The notes under the pieces: generated by a model
Seen by the model: the letters and a program-made list of their open reading frames with translations, nothing else
Databases searched by the model: none
What the model was told of the DNA's origin: nothing
In this document: piece by piece, positions 1-8,312 of the stretch
Layout: each line of letters opens with the position of its first letter
How positions within the stretch are numbered: position 1 is the stretch's first letter
Made by a program: the position numbers and the translations under genes
Assembly: GCA_040381035.1 (NCBI GenBank)
Contig: JBEIHY010000006.1
Coordinates: 5,373 to 69,372 of the forward strand
DNA from: Hyphomonadaceae bacterium
GTDB lineage: Bacteria; Pseudomonadota; Alphaproteobacteria; Caulobacterales; Aquidulcibacteraceae
Direction of reading: 5' to 3'
DNA length: 64,000 bases

Positions 1-232
1 GGACGCATTCGACCGCCGCCGCGGCGCGGATCAGGCGATCCTCATCCGCCTCAAACAGCCGGCCGGCTTCGATCAACAAGAAGGGCCGCAAGCGTTTGCC
101 GCCGGCCAAAGTAGCATAGCGCATGGCGTCATGCAGGCGCGCCTCGGGGCCGACAGAGGCCGGCAACAATGCGTCGAGGGCAAGGCGGACACGCTCAGCT
201 GCGTGGCTGAGGCGGTGGGTGAGATCAATCAT
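1..232 (-). CDS. polyprenyl (farnesyl/geranylgeranyl) diphosphate synthase, N-terminal part; gene runs off the left edge
   Basis: My own reverse-strand translation from the ATG at 232-230 gives MIDLTHRLSHAAERVRLALDALLPASVGPEARLHDAMRYATLAGGKRLRPFLLIEAGRLF... The AGGKRLRPxL N-terminal signature is typical of IspA/CrtE-type trans-prenyltransferases. The ORF is absent from the track because it is open at the window edge. Confidence 0.65.
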   Translation of the reverse strand, partial: MIDLTHRLSHAAERVRLALDALLPASVGPEARLHDAMRYATLAGGKRLRPFLLIEAGRLFEADEDRLIRAAAAVECV

Positions 233-285
233 CGCGTGGCTCTACATGGCGTCGGCCCGGCTTCCAAGCGGGGCAAGCTTCCCCA

Positions 286-1056
286 TTGTTAATGAGCTTT
301 CCTGACCGAATCGTTGCAGTCCAGGAAAGAGGAAGCGATGTGGCGAAACGCAAATCAGCTGCGGCAGTCTGGGCTTTGATGCGGTCCGCCGCGGCGATGA
401 CCGCGGGGCTTGCCATCGCCCAAATTTCTGCGGCGGCCACGGCGTTTCGCTCTCCTGACGACGCCAATCCTTCCCAGCCTTCCAACCATCGCCTGACGGC
501 CGACGCCTTGGCCGGTCTCTATTGCCGCTCCGAGGTTGAGGCCGCCCGCGCCGAAGCAGCCGCCGCACGCCTTGCCGCACAAGACGCTGAAGCCGCCGCC
601 GGCCTCGGTCGCGCCGCCGCCGCCCGCGCCGAAGACGGTGATGGCCTGTTGATGGAGGGCAGTTTTTCGGCCTTTGCCGGCGATGACGTCTTCGCAGGCG
701 GTAGGCATGGCCTGGTCGCCTGGGATGATGGCCGCGTCTATGCCGGCGCCTATGACGGCTTGGGCGGGCGCAATGGCCCGGGAGTGTGCGCCACGCCGGC
801 CGGCTGGCGCTATGCTGGCATGTGGGTTGACGGCGCCGCTTTGGGGCCGGGCGTATCGGCCCGTGACGGCGTCCAAGACTTTGCCGGCCGGCGCGACCGC
901 GCCGGCGTCATCGTCTTTCCTGATGGGTCGGTTTATGCCGGCGGCGTGCGCGGCGGTCATGAAGACCTCGCTTTGCGCGATGGGCCTGGCGTGTTGTGGG
1001 CGCCAGACGGCGTCGTCGTCCATGACGGCATGTGGCGCGCCGATCAGCCGGCTTAA
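286..1056 (+). CDS. secreted MORN-repeat-like protein (function unknown)
   Basis: 256-aa ORF with a hydrophobic Ala-rich N-terminus (AAAMTAGLAIAQISAAA). The C-terminal half has repeated YAGxxxxGxxxGPGV-type units (YAGAYDGLGGRNGPGV, YAGMWVDGAALGPGV, VYAGGVRGG...DGPGV) resembling MORN repeats. The start codon is uncertain. Confidence 0.5.
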   Translation: MLMSFPDRIVAVQERGSDVAKRKSAAAVWALMRSAAAMTAGLAIAQISAAATAFRSPDDANPSQPSNHRLTADALAGLYCRSEVEAARAEAAAARLAAQDAEAAAGLGRAAAARAEDGDGLLMEGSFSAFAGDDVFAGGRHGLVAWDDGRVYAGAYDGLGGRNGPGVCATPAGWRYAGMWVDGAALGPGVSARDGVQDFAGRRDRAGVIVFPDGSVYAGGVRGGHEDLALRDGPGVLWAPDGVVVHDGMWRADQPA

Positions 1057-1182
1057 CAGCGCGCTTCAGCAATGCTATCGGGCCTGATGATCTTCGCGGC
1101 CCGCATTGCCCGAATTCGCCGCCCGGCGCGCGACTAGCTCGCGCGACCGGGACTTCGGCGTTCCATTTTCATCGGAGTTTCC

Positions 1183-4100
1183 ATGGCCGACCAGCCATCC
1201 GCCCGCGATTACCGCGAAACCCTGTTCCTGCCTGAGACCGATTTCCCAATGCGCGCCGGCCTGCCGCAGAAGGAACCGGAATGGATCAAGCGCTGGGACG
1301 ACGAAAAGCTCTATGATCGCCTGCGCGCCACCGCAAAGGGCCGCCCGACCTATGTGTTGCATGACGGCCCGCCCTACGCCAATGGCGCCATCCATATCGG
1401 GCACGCCGAAAACAAGATCCTCAAGGACTTCATGGTCCGCACCCGCCAGATGCTGGGCTTTGACGCCGACTATATCCCCGGCTGGGATTGCCACGGCCTG
1501 CCGATCGAATGGAAGGTTGAGGAAGATTTCCGCAAGCAGGGCAAGAAGAAGCAGGACGTCGATCCGGTCACGTTCCGCAAAGCCTGCCGCGACTATGCCG
1601 CCAAGTGGATCCCCCAACAGCTCGCCGAGTTTCGCCGCCTCGGCATCGAGGGCGATTGGGCCGGCCACTACACAACGATGAGCTTTGCCGCCGAAGCTGC
1701 GATTGCGGCGGAGTTCTTGAAAGTGGTGCGCACGGGGCTTGTCTATCGCGGCTCCAAGCCGGTGATGTGGAGCCCGGTGGAGCGTACCTCGCTGGCGGAA
1801 GCGGAAGTCGAGTACGCAGAGAAGACGAGCACGACGATCTGGGTGAAGTTTCCGATCGTCGAAGGCGGTGGTCCGTCCGTGTCTGTGGTGATCTGGACAA
1901 CGACGCCGTGGACGATCCCTGGCAACCGCGCGATCAGTTATTCGCCGTCGATCGCTTACGGTCTCTATGAGGTGCAATCCCTGGAGCAGGGGCTCGCTTT
2001 TGCGCCGTGGGTGAATCCGGGCGACAAGCTCGCGCTGGCCGACAAGCTCGCCGAAGATGTGATGAAGGCGGCGAAGGCGGCTACCTGGACGCGGCTTGGC
2101 AATTTCGATCCGGCGGGTGTGGTTTGCGCCCATCCTTTGGCTGGATGGCGCCCCCTTACGGGAGAGGGGGGCGAGGCGCAGCCGAGCCGGGTGAGGGGTG
2201 AGGACGCAAACGCCGCTCGTGCGTCGGCTTCGCCGACACCTTCTCCCGCAGGGGGCGAAGGAGGATTGTACGGGTTCCGCGTTCCCCTTCTCGCCGGCGA
2301 TCACGTCACTGACGACGCCGGCACGGGTTTTGTGCACACCGCGCCGGGCCATGGCGCCGACGACTTTGCCATCTGGGTGAAGAATTTCGGTCAGACCGGC
2401 ATCCCTTTCACCGTCGACGCCGACGGTAGATTCACCGCTGAAGCGCCGGGTTTTGAGGGGCTGGAAGTCATCCAGCTAGAAGGCAAAAACCTGGGCAAAG
2501 ACGGCCCCGCCAACAAGACCGTGATCGGGGCGCTGATTGCATCGGGAAACCTCCTGGCGCGCGGAACCTTAAAGCACCAATATCCCCATTCCTGGCGCTC
2601 GCACGCGCCATTGATCTTCCGCAACACTCCGCAATTTTTCATCGCGCTCGATCGTCCGTATGACGTCTTGGGGCAGGACGGGTGCGCAGAGAAAAAAACA
2701 CTTCGGCAAGTGGCGCTGGCTGAAATCGAGCGCGTCGATTGGGGCCAAAAGCGCATCCAGGACGACCGCGACCAGAACCGCATGCGCGGCATGATCGTGG
2801 ACCGGCCCGATTGGCTGATTTCGCGCCAGCGCAATTGGGGCGTGCCGCTGTGCATTTTCATCCACAAGGCAAGCGGCGAAATCCTGCAGGATAAGGCGGT
2901 GGACGCGCGGATCATCGCGGCCATGGAGCGCGGCGGGGCGGATGTGTGGTGGTCCACCCCGGCGCAGGATTTTCTCGGGCCCGCCTACAAGGCTGAGGAT
3001 TACGAGAAGGTCGAAGACATCCTCGATGTGTGGTTTGATTCCGGCTGCACGCATTCCTTCGTGCTCGCCAAACGCGACAGCGCGCCTTGGCCGGCGGATT
3101 TGTATCTGGAAGGCACCGACCAGCATCGCGGCTGGTTTCAATCTTCGCTGCTGCAATCGTGCGCGACACGCGGGCGCGCGCCTTATGATGCGGTCGTGAC
3201 CTATGGCTTCACGGTTGATGAGCAGGGCCGCAAAATGTCGAAATCGCTCGGCAACGGGGTTGAGCCGCAGGATTTGCAGAAGCAATACGGCATCGAAATT
3301 TTTCGCCTCGTGGTCGCCGCGGCCGATTATCGCGACGAATTGCGTATCGGCAAAACCATTATCGATCAAAGCTCCGAAACCTATCGCAAGCTGCGCAACA
3401 CGATCCGCTATCTGCTCGGCAGTCTTGCCGGGTTCAGCGCGGACGAAGCGCTGTCGATCGAGAAGGCCCCGTTGCTGGAGCGTTGGCTGCATCATCGGCT
3501 CTTGCAGCTCGATGGCGAGGTGCGCACGGCATATGAGACGTTCCAGATGCGCCACGCGCTCAGCGCGATTGTGGAATTCTGCAATGTCGATCTCAGCGCC
3601 TTCTATGTCGATGTGCGCAAAGACGCGCTGTACTGCGATCGTCCGGATGCGGAGCGCCGTCGCGCCTGCCGCACCGCGCTCCATGCCGTGTTTGAGCGGC
3701 TCGTCACTTGGCTTGCACCCCTCATGCCGTTCACCGCCGATGAAGCCTGGCGCGCGCGCTTTCCCGAAGGCGAAAGCGTGCATCTGGAGACATTTCCCCA
3801 AACGCCGCCGGCCTGGCGCGACGATGCGAGCGCCGCAAAGATCGCCCGCCTGCGCGGCGTGCGGGCGGCTGTTACCGGCGCGCTCGAAATCGAGCGCCGC
3901 GAGAAGCGCATTGGGGCCTCGCTGGAGGCCGCCCCAGCGGTGTTCATCATCGACGCCGCTTTGCGCGCCGATGTCGAAAGCGTTGATTTCGCCGAGTTGT
4001 GCATCACGTCAGGCATCACGGTTCAGGCCGGCGCTGCGCCGGCCGGCGCCTTCGTGCTGGATGGGATTGGGGTGGTCCCAACGCTCGCCAGCGGCAAAAA

Positions 4101-4215
4101 GTGCGCCCGCTCCTGGCGGGTCACCCAAGATGTCGGGGCCGATCCGCGCTATCCGGAGCTGTCGGCCCGAGACGCTGACGCGGTTGCCTGGTGGGATGCC
4201 CGCCATGGCCGCTGA
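1183..4215 (+). CDS. ileS: isoleucine--tRNA ligase
   Basis: 1010 aa with the class I HIGH motif (PYANGAIHIGH), KMSKS (GRKMSKSLGNG), the CP1 editing motifs TTTPWTIPGN and GTGFVHTAPGHG, and a C-terminal zinc-finger-like tail. lspA lies immediately downstream, which is the classic ileS-lspA pair. Confidence 0.97.
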   Translation: MADQPSARDYRETLFLPETDFPMRAGLPQKEPEWIKRWDDEKLYDRLRATAKGRPTYVLHDGPPYANGAIHIGHAENKILKDFMVRTRQMLGFDADYIPGWDCHGLPIEWKVEEDFRKQGKKKQDVDPVTFRKACRDYAAKWIPQQLAEFRRLGIEGDWAGHYTTMSFAAEAAIAAEFLKVVRTGLVYRGSKPVMWSPVERTSLAEAEVEYAEKTSTTIWVKFPIVEGGGPSVSVVIWTTTPWTIPGNRAISYSPSIAYGLYEVQSLEQGLAFAPWVNPGDKLALADKLAEDVMKAAKAATWTRLGNFDPAGVVCAHPLAGWRPLTGEGGEAQPSRVRGEDANAARASASPTPSPAGGEGGLYGFRVPLLAGDHVTDDAGTGFVHTAPGHGADDFAIWVKNFGQTGIPFTVDADGRFTAEAPGFEGLEVIQLEGKNLGKDGPANKTVIGALIASGNLLARGTLKHQYPHSWRSHAPLIFRNTPQFFIALDRPYDVLGQDGCAEKKTLRQVALAEIERVDWGQKRIQDDRDQNRMRGMIVDRPDWLISRQRNWGVPLCIFIHKASGEILQDKAVDARIIAAMERGGADVWWSTPAQDFLGPAYKAEDYEKVEDILDVWFDSGCTHSFVLAKRDSAPWPADLYLEGTDQHRGWFQSSLLQSCATRGRAPYDAVVTYGFTVDEQGRKMSKSLGNGVEPQDLQKQYGIEIFRLVVAAADYRDELRIGKTIIDQSSETYRKLRNTIRYLLGSLAGFSADEALSIEKAPLLERWLHHRLLQLDGEVRTAYETFQMRHALSAIVEFCNVDLSAFYVDVRKDALYCDRPDAERRRACRTALHAVFERLVTWLAPLMPFTADEAWRARFPEGESVHLETFPQTPPAWRDDASAAKIARLRGVRAAVTGALEIERREKRIGASLEAAPAVFIIDAALRADVESVDFAELCITSGITVQAGAAPAGAFVLDGIGVVPTLASGKKCARSWRVTQDVGADPRYPELSARDADAVAWWDARHGR
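2149..2257. repeat. imperfect palindromic (REP/MITE-like) element embedded in frame in ileS
   Basis: Hand-checked pairing: 2149-2156 with 2250-2257 (8 bp); 2159-2168 with 2239-2248 (9 WC + 1 G-T); 2170-2177 with 2227-2234 (7 WC + 1 G-T); apical mini-hairpin 2203-2208 gacgca / 2220-2225 tgcgtc. It encodes the low-complexity stretch RPLTGEGGEAQPSRVRGEDANAARASASPTPSPAGGE. Confidence 0.6.
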
Positions 4216-4277
4216 GGCAGAAGCTGGCGCCGGCGCGCTGAACCGATTAGGCAGGGCAAAGAGATGACAGGACCCTC

Positions 4278-4799
4278 ATGAGCGAAACCGCCCAGCCCTC
4301 CCGTTTCGGCTTTGGCCTTGCCCTCGCCGCGCTGATTCTGGCGGCCGATCAGACCTCAAAGCAATGGGTTTTGGCCGGCGTTCTGCTTCCCGACATCGGC
4401 CAGATCAATATCACGCCGTTCTTCGATCTCACCTTTGTGAAGAATTACGGCATCAGTTTCGGGCTGCTGAAGGCCGGTTCTGAATTTGAACGCTGGCTGC
4501 TGGTTGGGCTGTCCGGCACAATCGCCACGATCTTTCTGTTGTGGATGCGCCAAGCTCCGCGGCTCTTGTCGGCGACGGCCCTGGGCCTGGTGGTTGGGGG
4601 GGCCGTTGGCAACATGATTGACCGCATAAGATTTGGTTATGTAGTTGATTTTTTGGATTTTTCCGGAATTTGGCGGCCGCACTTTTTCAATTATGTGTTC
4701 AACGTCGCGGACGCAGCGATCACGATCGGCGCGATGCTGCTGATTGTTGATTTCATGCTGTATGGCGAAGAGCCGCGCCCCAAAACCGCCGACAAGTAA
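4278..4799 (+). CDS. lspA: lipoprotein signal peptidase (signal peptidase II)
   Basis: 173 aa with four predicted TM segments. It has LspA motifs (NYGISFG, GGAVGNMIDRIRFGYVVDF, FNVADAAI) and lies directly downstream of ileS. Confidence 0.93.
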   Translation: MSETAQPSRFGFGLALAALILAADQTSKQWVLAGVLLPDIGQINITPFFDLTFVKNYGISFGLLKAGSEFERWLLVGLSGTIATIFLLWMRQAPRLLSATALGLVVGGAVGNMIDRIRFGYVVDFLDFSGIWRPHFFNYVFNVADAAITIGAMLLIVDFMLYGEEPRPKTADK

Positions 4800-4903
4800 G
4801 GTCACATTTCCAGCTTATGGCCTGCATGCGCCGGCTTGGCTTCCACGCCGACGCTTTGTAGAAGCGTTCAAACCCGCGCGGTTGCCGCGCATCGGAGACC
4901 ATC

Positions 4904-5452
4904 ATGGCCGAGGCCCCTTCTGTGTCCAAAGCGCTGACCCTGATCGCCATTGCCGCAGCCGCGCTCAGCACCAACGGCTGCACATCCGGCATGCGCCAGG
5001 CGATCGGCGCTGAAAAGGTCGCGCCCGATGAGTTTAAGGTTGTCACCAAGGCCCCCTTGGTTATGCCGCCGGATTTTGCCCTGCGCCCGCCGCAGCCCGG
5101 CGCGCCGCGGCCCCAGGAACTGCGCCCGGATGCAGAAGCCCGCGCCGCCATTTTCGGCCGTGATGTCGGCCAGACCGCATCGGAAGGCGAACGCGCGTTG
5201 ATCGCGCGCGCCGGCGCCGACGCGGTTGATCCCAATGTGCGCTCGCAGATCGATCTGGAAGCCGGCGGTGTGGTGCGCAAGTCGGAAGCGTTCTCTGATC
5301 GCCTGTTGGGCAAAGACGCCAACAAGCCACTCGACGCCGCAGCCGAGCAAAAGCGGATCCAGGAAGAAGAGATTGTCCGCCGCGCAACGGGCGGCGGCCA
5401 GGTCACCATCGAGCGCCGCGACACCAGCAAGTCCAAGCTGCCGGGTCTCTAA
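4904..5452 (+). CDS. lipoprotein, DUF3035-like
   Basis: 182 aa with a lipobox (AAALSTNGC). The APDEFKVVTKAPLVMPPDFALRPP segment is typical of the small alphaproteobacterial lipoprotein commonly found after lspA. Confidence 0.6.
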   Translation: MAEAPSVSKALTLIAIAAAALSTNGCTSGMRQAIGAEKVAPDEFKVVTKAPLVMPPDFALRPPQPGAPRPQELRPDAEARAAIFGRDVGQTASEGERALIARAGADAVDPNVRSQIDLEAGGVVRKSEAFSDRLLGKDANKPLDAAAEQKRIQEEEIVRRATGGGQVTIERRDTSKSKLPGL

Positions 5453-5510
5453 GCCCGCACGATCTCGGCATGGTATGTTGGCGCGATGATTCTCTCGCGC
5501 AGAACGCCTC

Positions 5511-7382
5511 ATGCCGATCCGCCGCCTTCCGCCTGACGCGATTAACCGCATCGCCGCCGGCGAAGTGATCGAACGCCCAGCCGCGGCGGTCAAAGAGCTT
5601 GTCGAGAACGCGCTCGACGCCGGCGCCCGGCGCGTGCGGGTTGCAATCGAGAATGGCGGCCTGTCGCGTTTGTTGATCGAAGACGACGGCCACGGCATAC
5701 CGCGCGATGAAATGGCTTTGGCGGTGGAGCGCCACGCCACTTCAAAGCTGCAGGCCGGGCCAGGCGGGGCTGTGGATCTGCTCAATATCTTCACCATGGG
5801 CTTTCGCGGCGAAGCGTTGCCCTCGATCGGCGCGGTCGCCCGCTTGACGATCACCAGCCGCGCCGCCGGCTGCGCGGACGCCTTCGCGATTGATCTCGAA
5901 GGCGGCGCGATGAGCCCGGTGCGGCCGGCCGCCTTTGCCGGCGCCGGCGCCAGCGGCACGGCGGTGGATGTGCGCGATCTTTTCTTTGCCACGCCCGCGC
6001 GGCTGAAATTCATGAAAACGGCCCGCGCCGAAACCATGGCCATCATGGAGGCGATGAAGCGCCTCGCCATGGCGCGCGCGGATGTGGCCTTCTTCCTCGA
6101 CAGCGACGGCCGCAGCCTGCTGAAGCTGGCCGCGGAGAATGATCCGAACACGGACGGTCGCCGGCGACGCCTGGCGGCGATCCTGGGCGCCGATTTCGCA
6201 CCCAATGCGATCGCGATCGACGCCGAACGCGACGGCGTGCGGCTTTCAGGTTTCGCCGGCCTGCCGACTTTTTCGCGCACCGCTGGCGATCACCAGCACC
6301 TGTTCGTCAATGGCCGGCCAGTGAAGGACAAACTGATCCTTGGCGCCGTGCGCGCGGCCTATCAGGATCTGCTGGCCCGCGATCGCAGGCCAGTGGCGGC
6401 TTTGTACGTCGATCTGTCGCCAGAAGAAGTGGATGTGAACGTTCACCCGGCCAAAACCGAAGTGCGCTTCCGCGATTCCGGCAGCGTGCGCGGTTTGATT
6501 GTCGGCGCACTGCGCCACGCGCTCGCGGCTCATGGCCATCGCGCTTCGACCACGGTGGCGGGCGATGTGCTCGCCGCGCTGCGCCCGCAAGGCGCGCCAC
6601 CGCTGCTCGGCGCTGGCGTCATGGAAACCGCCGCCGCCCATGACGCCCCGCGCCCTGGCTGGTTTGGCCCGCGCGATCGGCCCGATACGGGCGCGGCGCG
6701 CGCCTGGCTTGCGGCCGAAGAAGCGCTCGCCATCCCCGATCTGGCGGCGCCAAGCGCGCGCGGGTTTGCAGCGCCCGCGGCCGCGGCCGAAGCGCTGGAT
6801 TACCCGCTCGGCGCAGCGCGCGCGCAATTGCACGAAACCTATATCTTGGCGCAAACCCGCGACGGCGTGGTGATCGTTGACCAGCATGCCGCCCATGAGC
6901 GCATGGTCTATGAGCGGATGAAGCAGGCGCTGGCGCAAGGCGCGGTGAAGCGCCAACTGCTGCTGATCCCGGATGTCGTCGAACTCGATCCCGCTGAGGC
7001 CGAAGCCTTGCTGGGGCGGGCGGCGCAATTTGCCGAACTTGGGTTGGTGATTGAGCCGTTCGGGCCAGGTGCGCTGGTGGTGCGCGAAACGCCAGCTATG
7101 CTCGGTCAGATCGATGCGGCGGGCTTGTTGAAAGACCTCTGCGACGACATCACCGAATGGGGCGAGGCGTTGAGTTTAAAGGAACGGCTGGAGGAGGTGT
7201 GCTCCTCCATGGCGTGCCGCGGGTCGGTGCGCGCCGGACGTCGGCTCACGCTTGAAGAAATGAACGCGTTGCTGCGCGAGATGGAATCGACGCCTTTTTC
7301 CGGGCAATGCAATCATGGCCGCCCGACCTATGTTGAATTGAAACTCGCTGATATCGAAACACTGTTTGGCCGGCGCGGCTGA
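5511..7382 (+). CDS. mutL: DNA mismatch repair endonuclease MutL
   Basis: 623 aa with a GHKL ATPase N-terminus ([46 protein letters not shown]). The C-terminal endonuclease domain has [12 protein letters not shown] and CNHGRPT. Confidence 0.95.
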   Translation: MPIRRLPPDAINRIAAGEVIERPAAAVKELVENALDAGARRVRVAIENGGLSRLLIEDDGHGIPRDEMALAVERHATSKLQAGPGGAVDLLNIFTMGFRGEALPSIGAVARLTITSRAAGCADAFAIDLEGGAMSPVRPAAFAGAGASGTAVDVRDLFFATPARLKFMKTARAETMAIMEAMKRLAMARADVAFFLDSDGRSLLKLAAENDPNTDGRRRRLAAILGADFAPNAIAIDAERDGVRLSGFAGLPTFSRTAGDHQHLFVNGRPVKDKLILGAVRAAYQDLLARDRRPVAALYVDLSPEEVDVNVHPAKTEVRFRDSGSVRGLIVGALRHALAAHGHRASTTVAGDVLAALRPQGAPPLLGAGVMETAAAHDAPRPGWFGPRDRPDTGAARAWLAAEEALAIPDLAAPSARGFAAPAAAAEALDYPLGAARAQLHETYILAQTRDGVVIVDQHAAHERMVYERMKQALAQGAVKRQLLLIPDVVELDPAEAEALLGRAAQFAELGLVIEPFGPGALVVRETPAMLGQIDAAGLLKDLCDDITEWGEALSLKERLEEVCSSMACRGSVRAGRRLTLEEMNALLREMESTPFSGQCNHGRPTYVELKLADIETLFGRRG

Positions 7383-7385
7383 GCC

Positions 7386-8312
7386 TCATTTTTTCGGCTT
7401 GGCCAGCGGATGCGACTTTTCCACCACGGCCTTCAAACGTGCGCCTGCGACATGGGTGTAGATTTGCGTCGTGGCGATATCTGCATGGCCGAGCAGTTTT
7501 TGCACCACCCTTAAATCGGCGCCGCCATCGACCAGATGGGTTGCGAACGCGTGGCGCAACACGTGCGGCGACACCTTGGCGGGATCAAGACCCGCTGCGC
7601 CTGCTGCGGCGGTGACAATCTGCTGGGCGCGCCGGCGCGTCAGGCGGCCATCGCGGCCAGCGCCGGGGAACAGCCATTTCACCGCGCGCTCGCGCACCGG
7701 GCCGGGTTTGGGCAGAAGCTTTTCGCGCAGCGGCAGAAAAGCGTCAAACGCAGCGATCGCAGCCGCGCTGAGCGGAGCGAGGCGTTCCTTGCCGCCCTTT
7801 CCAGCAAGAATGATGTGGCGCTGTCCCGGCTTGGGCGCTGCTTTCAACGGCAATGCCAGCGCTTCAGACACACGCAATCCCGCACCATAAAGCATTTCCA
7901 GCAACAGCCGATCGCGCGCAGCGATGGCGGGATCCGCGTGGCCGGCGGCGGCTTCGATCAACCGATCGACGCCCTCGACCTCCAAGGTCTTTGGCAAGGG
8001 CCGGCCGCGCTTGGGCCGATCAATCCGCGCGGTGGGATCGTCGGCGCGGTCGCCTTCGAGCATCAGGAAGCGATAGAATTGACGCAATGCCGACAGCCGC
8101 CTTTGCACGGTGGCCGGCGATAGGCCGCGGGCGCCAAGGCCGGCGGCATAGGCCTCCAAGTCGGCCGCGCCTGCGCCGATCAATCCGCGTCTGATTTGGC
8201 TGCGCGCCTCTTCAAGGTCGCGGCCATAGGCCGCCAAGGTATTGGCCTTGGCGCCGCGCTCGACCGACAGCATTTCGAGGAATGCATCGATGCGGGCGCC
8301 GTCACGGCTCAT
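7386..8312 (-). CDS. xerD: site-specific tyrosine recombinase XerD
   Basis: 308 aa with an N-terminal SAM-like domain (FLEMLSVERGAKANTLAAYGRDL). The catalytic region has LRVSEALAL, HVLRHAFATHL, LLGHADIATTQIYTHV. It is divergent from aroK-aroB, as in many alphaproteobacteria. Confidence 0.9.
   Translation of the reverse strand: MSRDGARIDAFLEMLSVERGAKANTLAAYGRDLEEARSQIRRGLIGAGAADLEAYAAGLGARGLSPATVQRRLSALRQFYRFLMLEGDRADDPTARIDRPKRGRPLPKTLEVEGVDRLIEAAAGHADPAIAARDRLLLEMLYGAGLRVSEALALPLKAAPKPGQRHIILAGKGGKERLAPLSAAAIAAFDAFLPLREKLLPKPGPVRERAVKWLFPGAGRDGRLTRRRAQQIVTAAAGAAGLDPAKVSPHVLRHAFATHLVDGGADLRVVQKLLGHADIATTQIYTHVAGARLKAVVEKSHPLAKPKK

Noticed and set aside
1126-1146. 7-bp GC hairpin (cgcgcga ctagc tcgcgcg) upstream of ileS
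   Set aside because: There is no U-tract and no known leader function for ileS in proteobacteria. It is probably incidental.
1075-2352. 425-aa ORF on the minus strand
   Set aside because: It is entirely antisense to the well-supported ileS. The Arg/Pro/Gly-rich translation is typical of the non-coding frame in high-GC DNA, and it has no recognisable motifs.
4868-6280. 470-aa minus-strand ORF spanning the DUF3035-like gene and the mutL 5' half
   Set aside because: It is antisense to two genes with clear motifs. The low-complexity Ala/Arg/Ser translation marks it as a GC-frame artefact.
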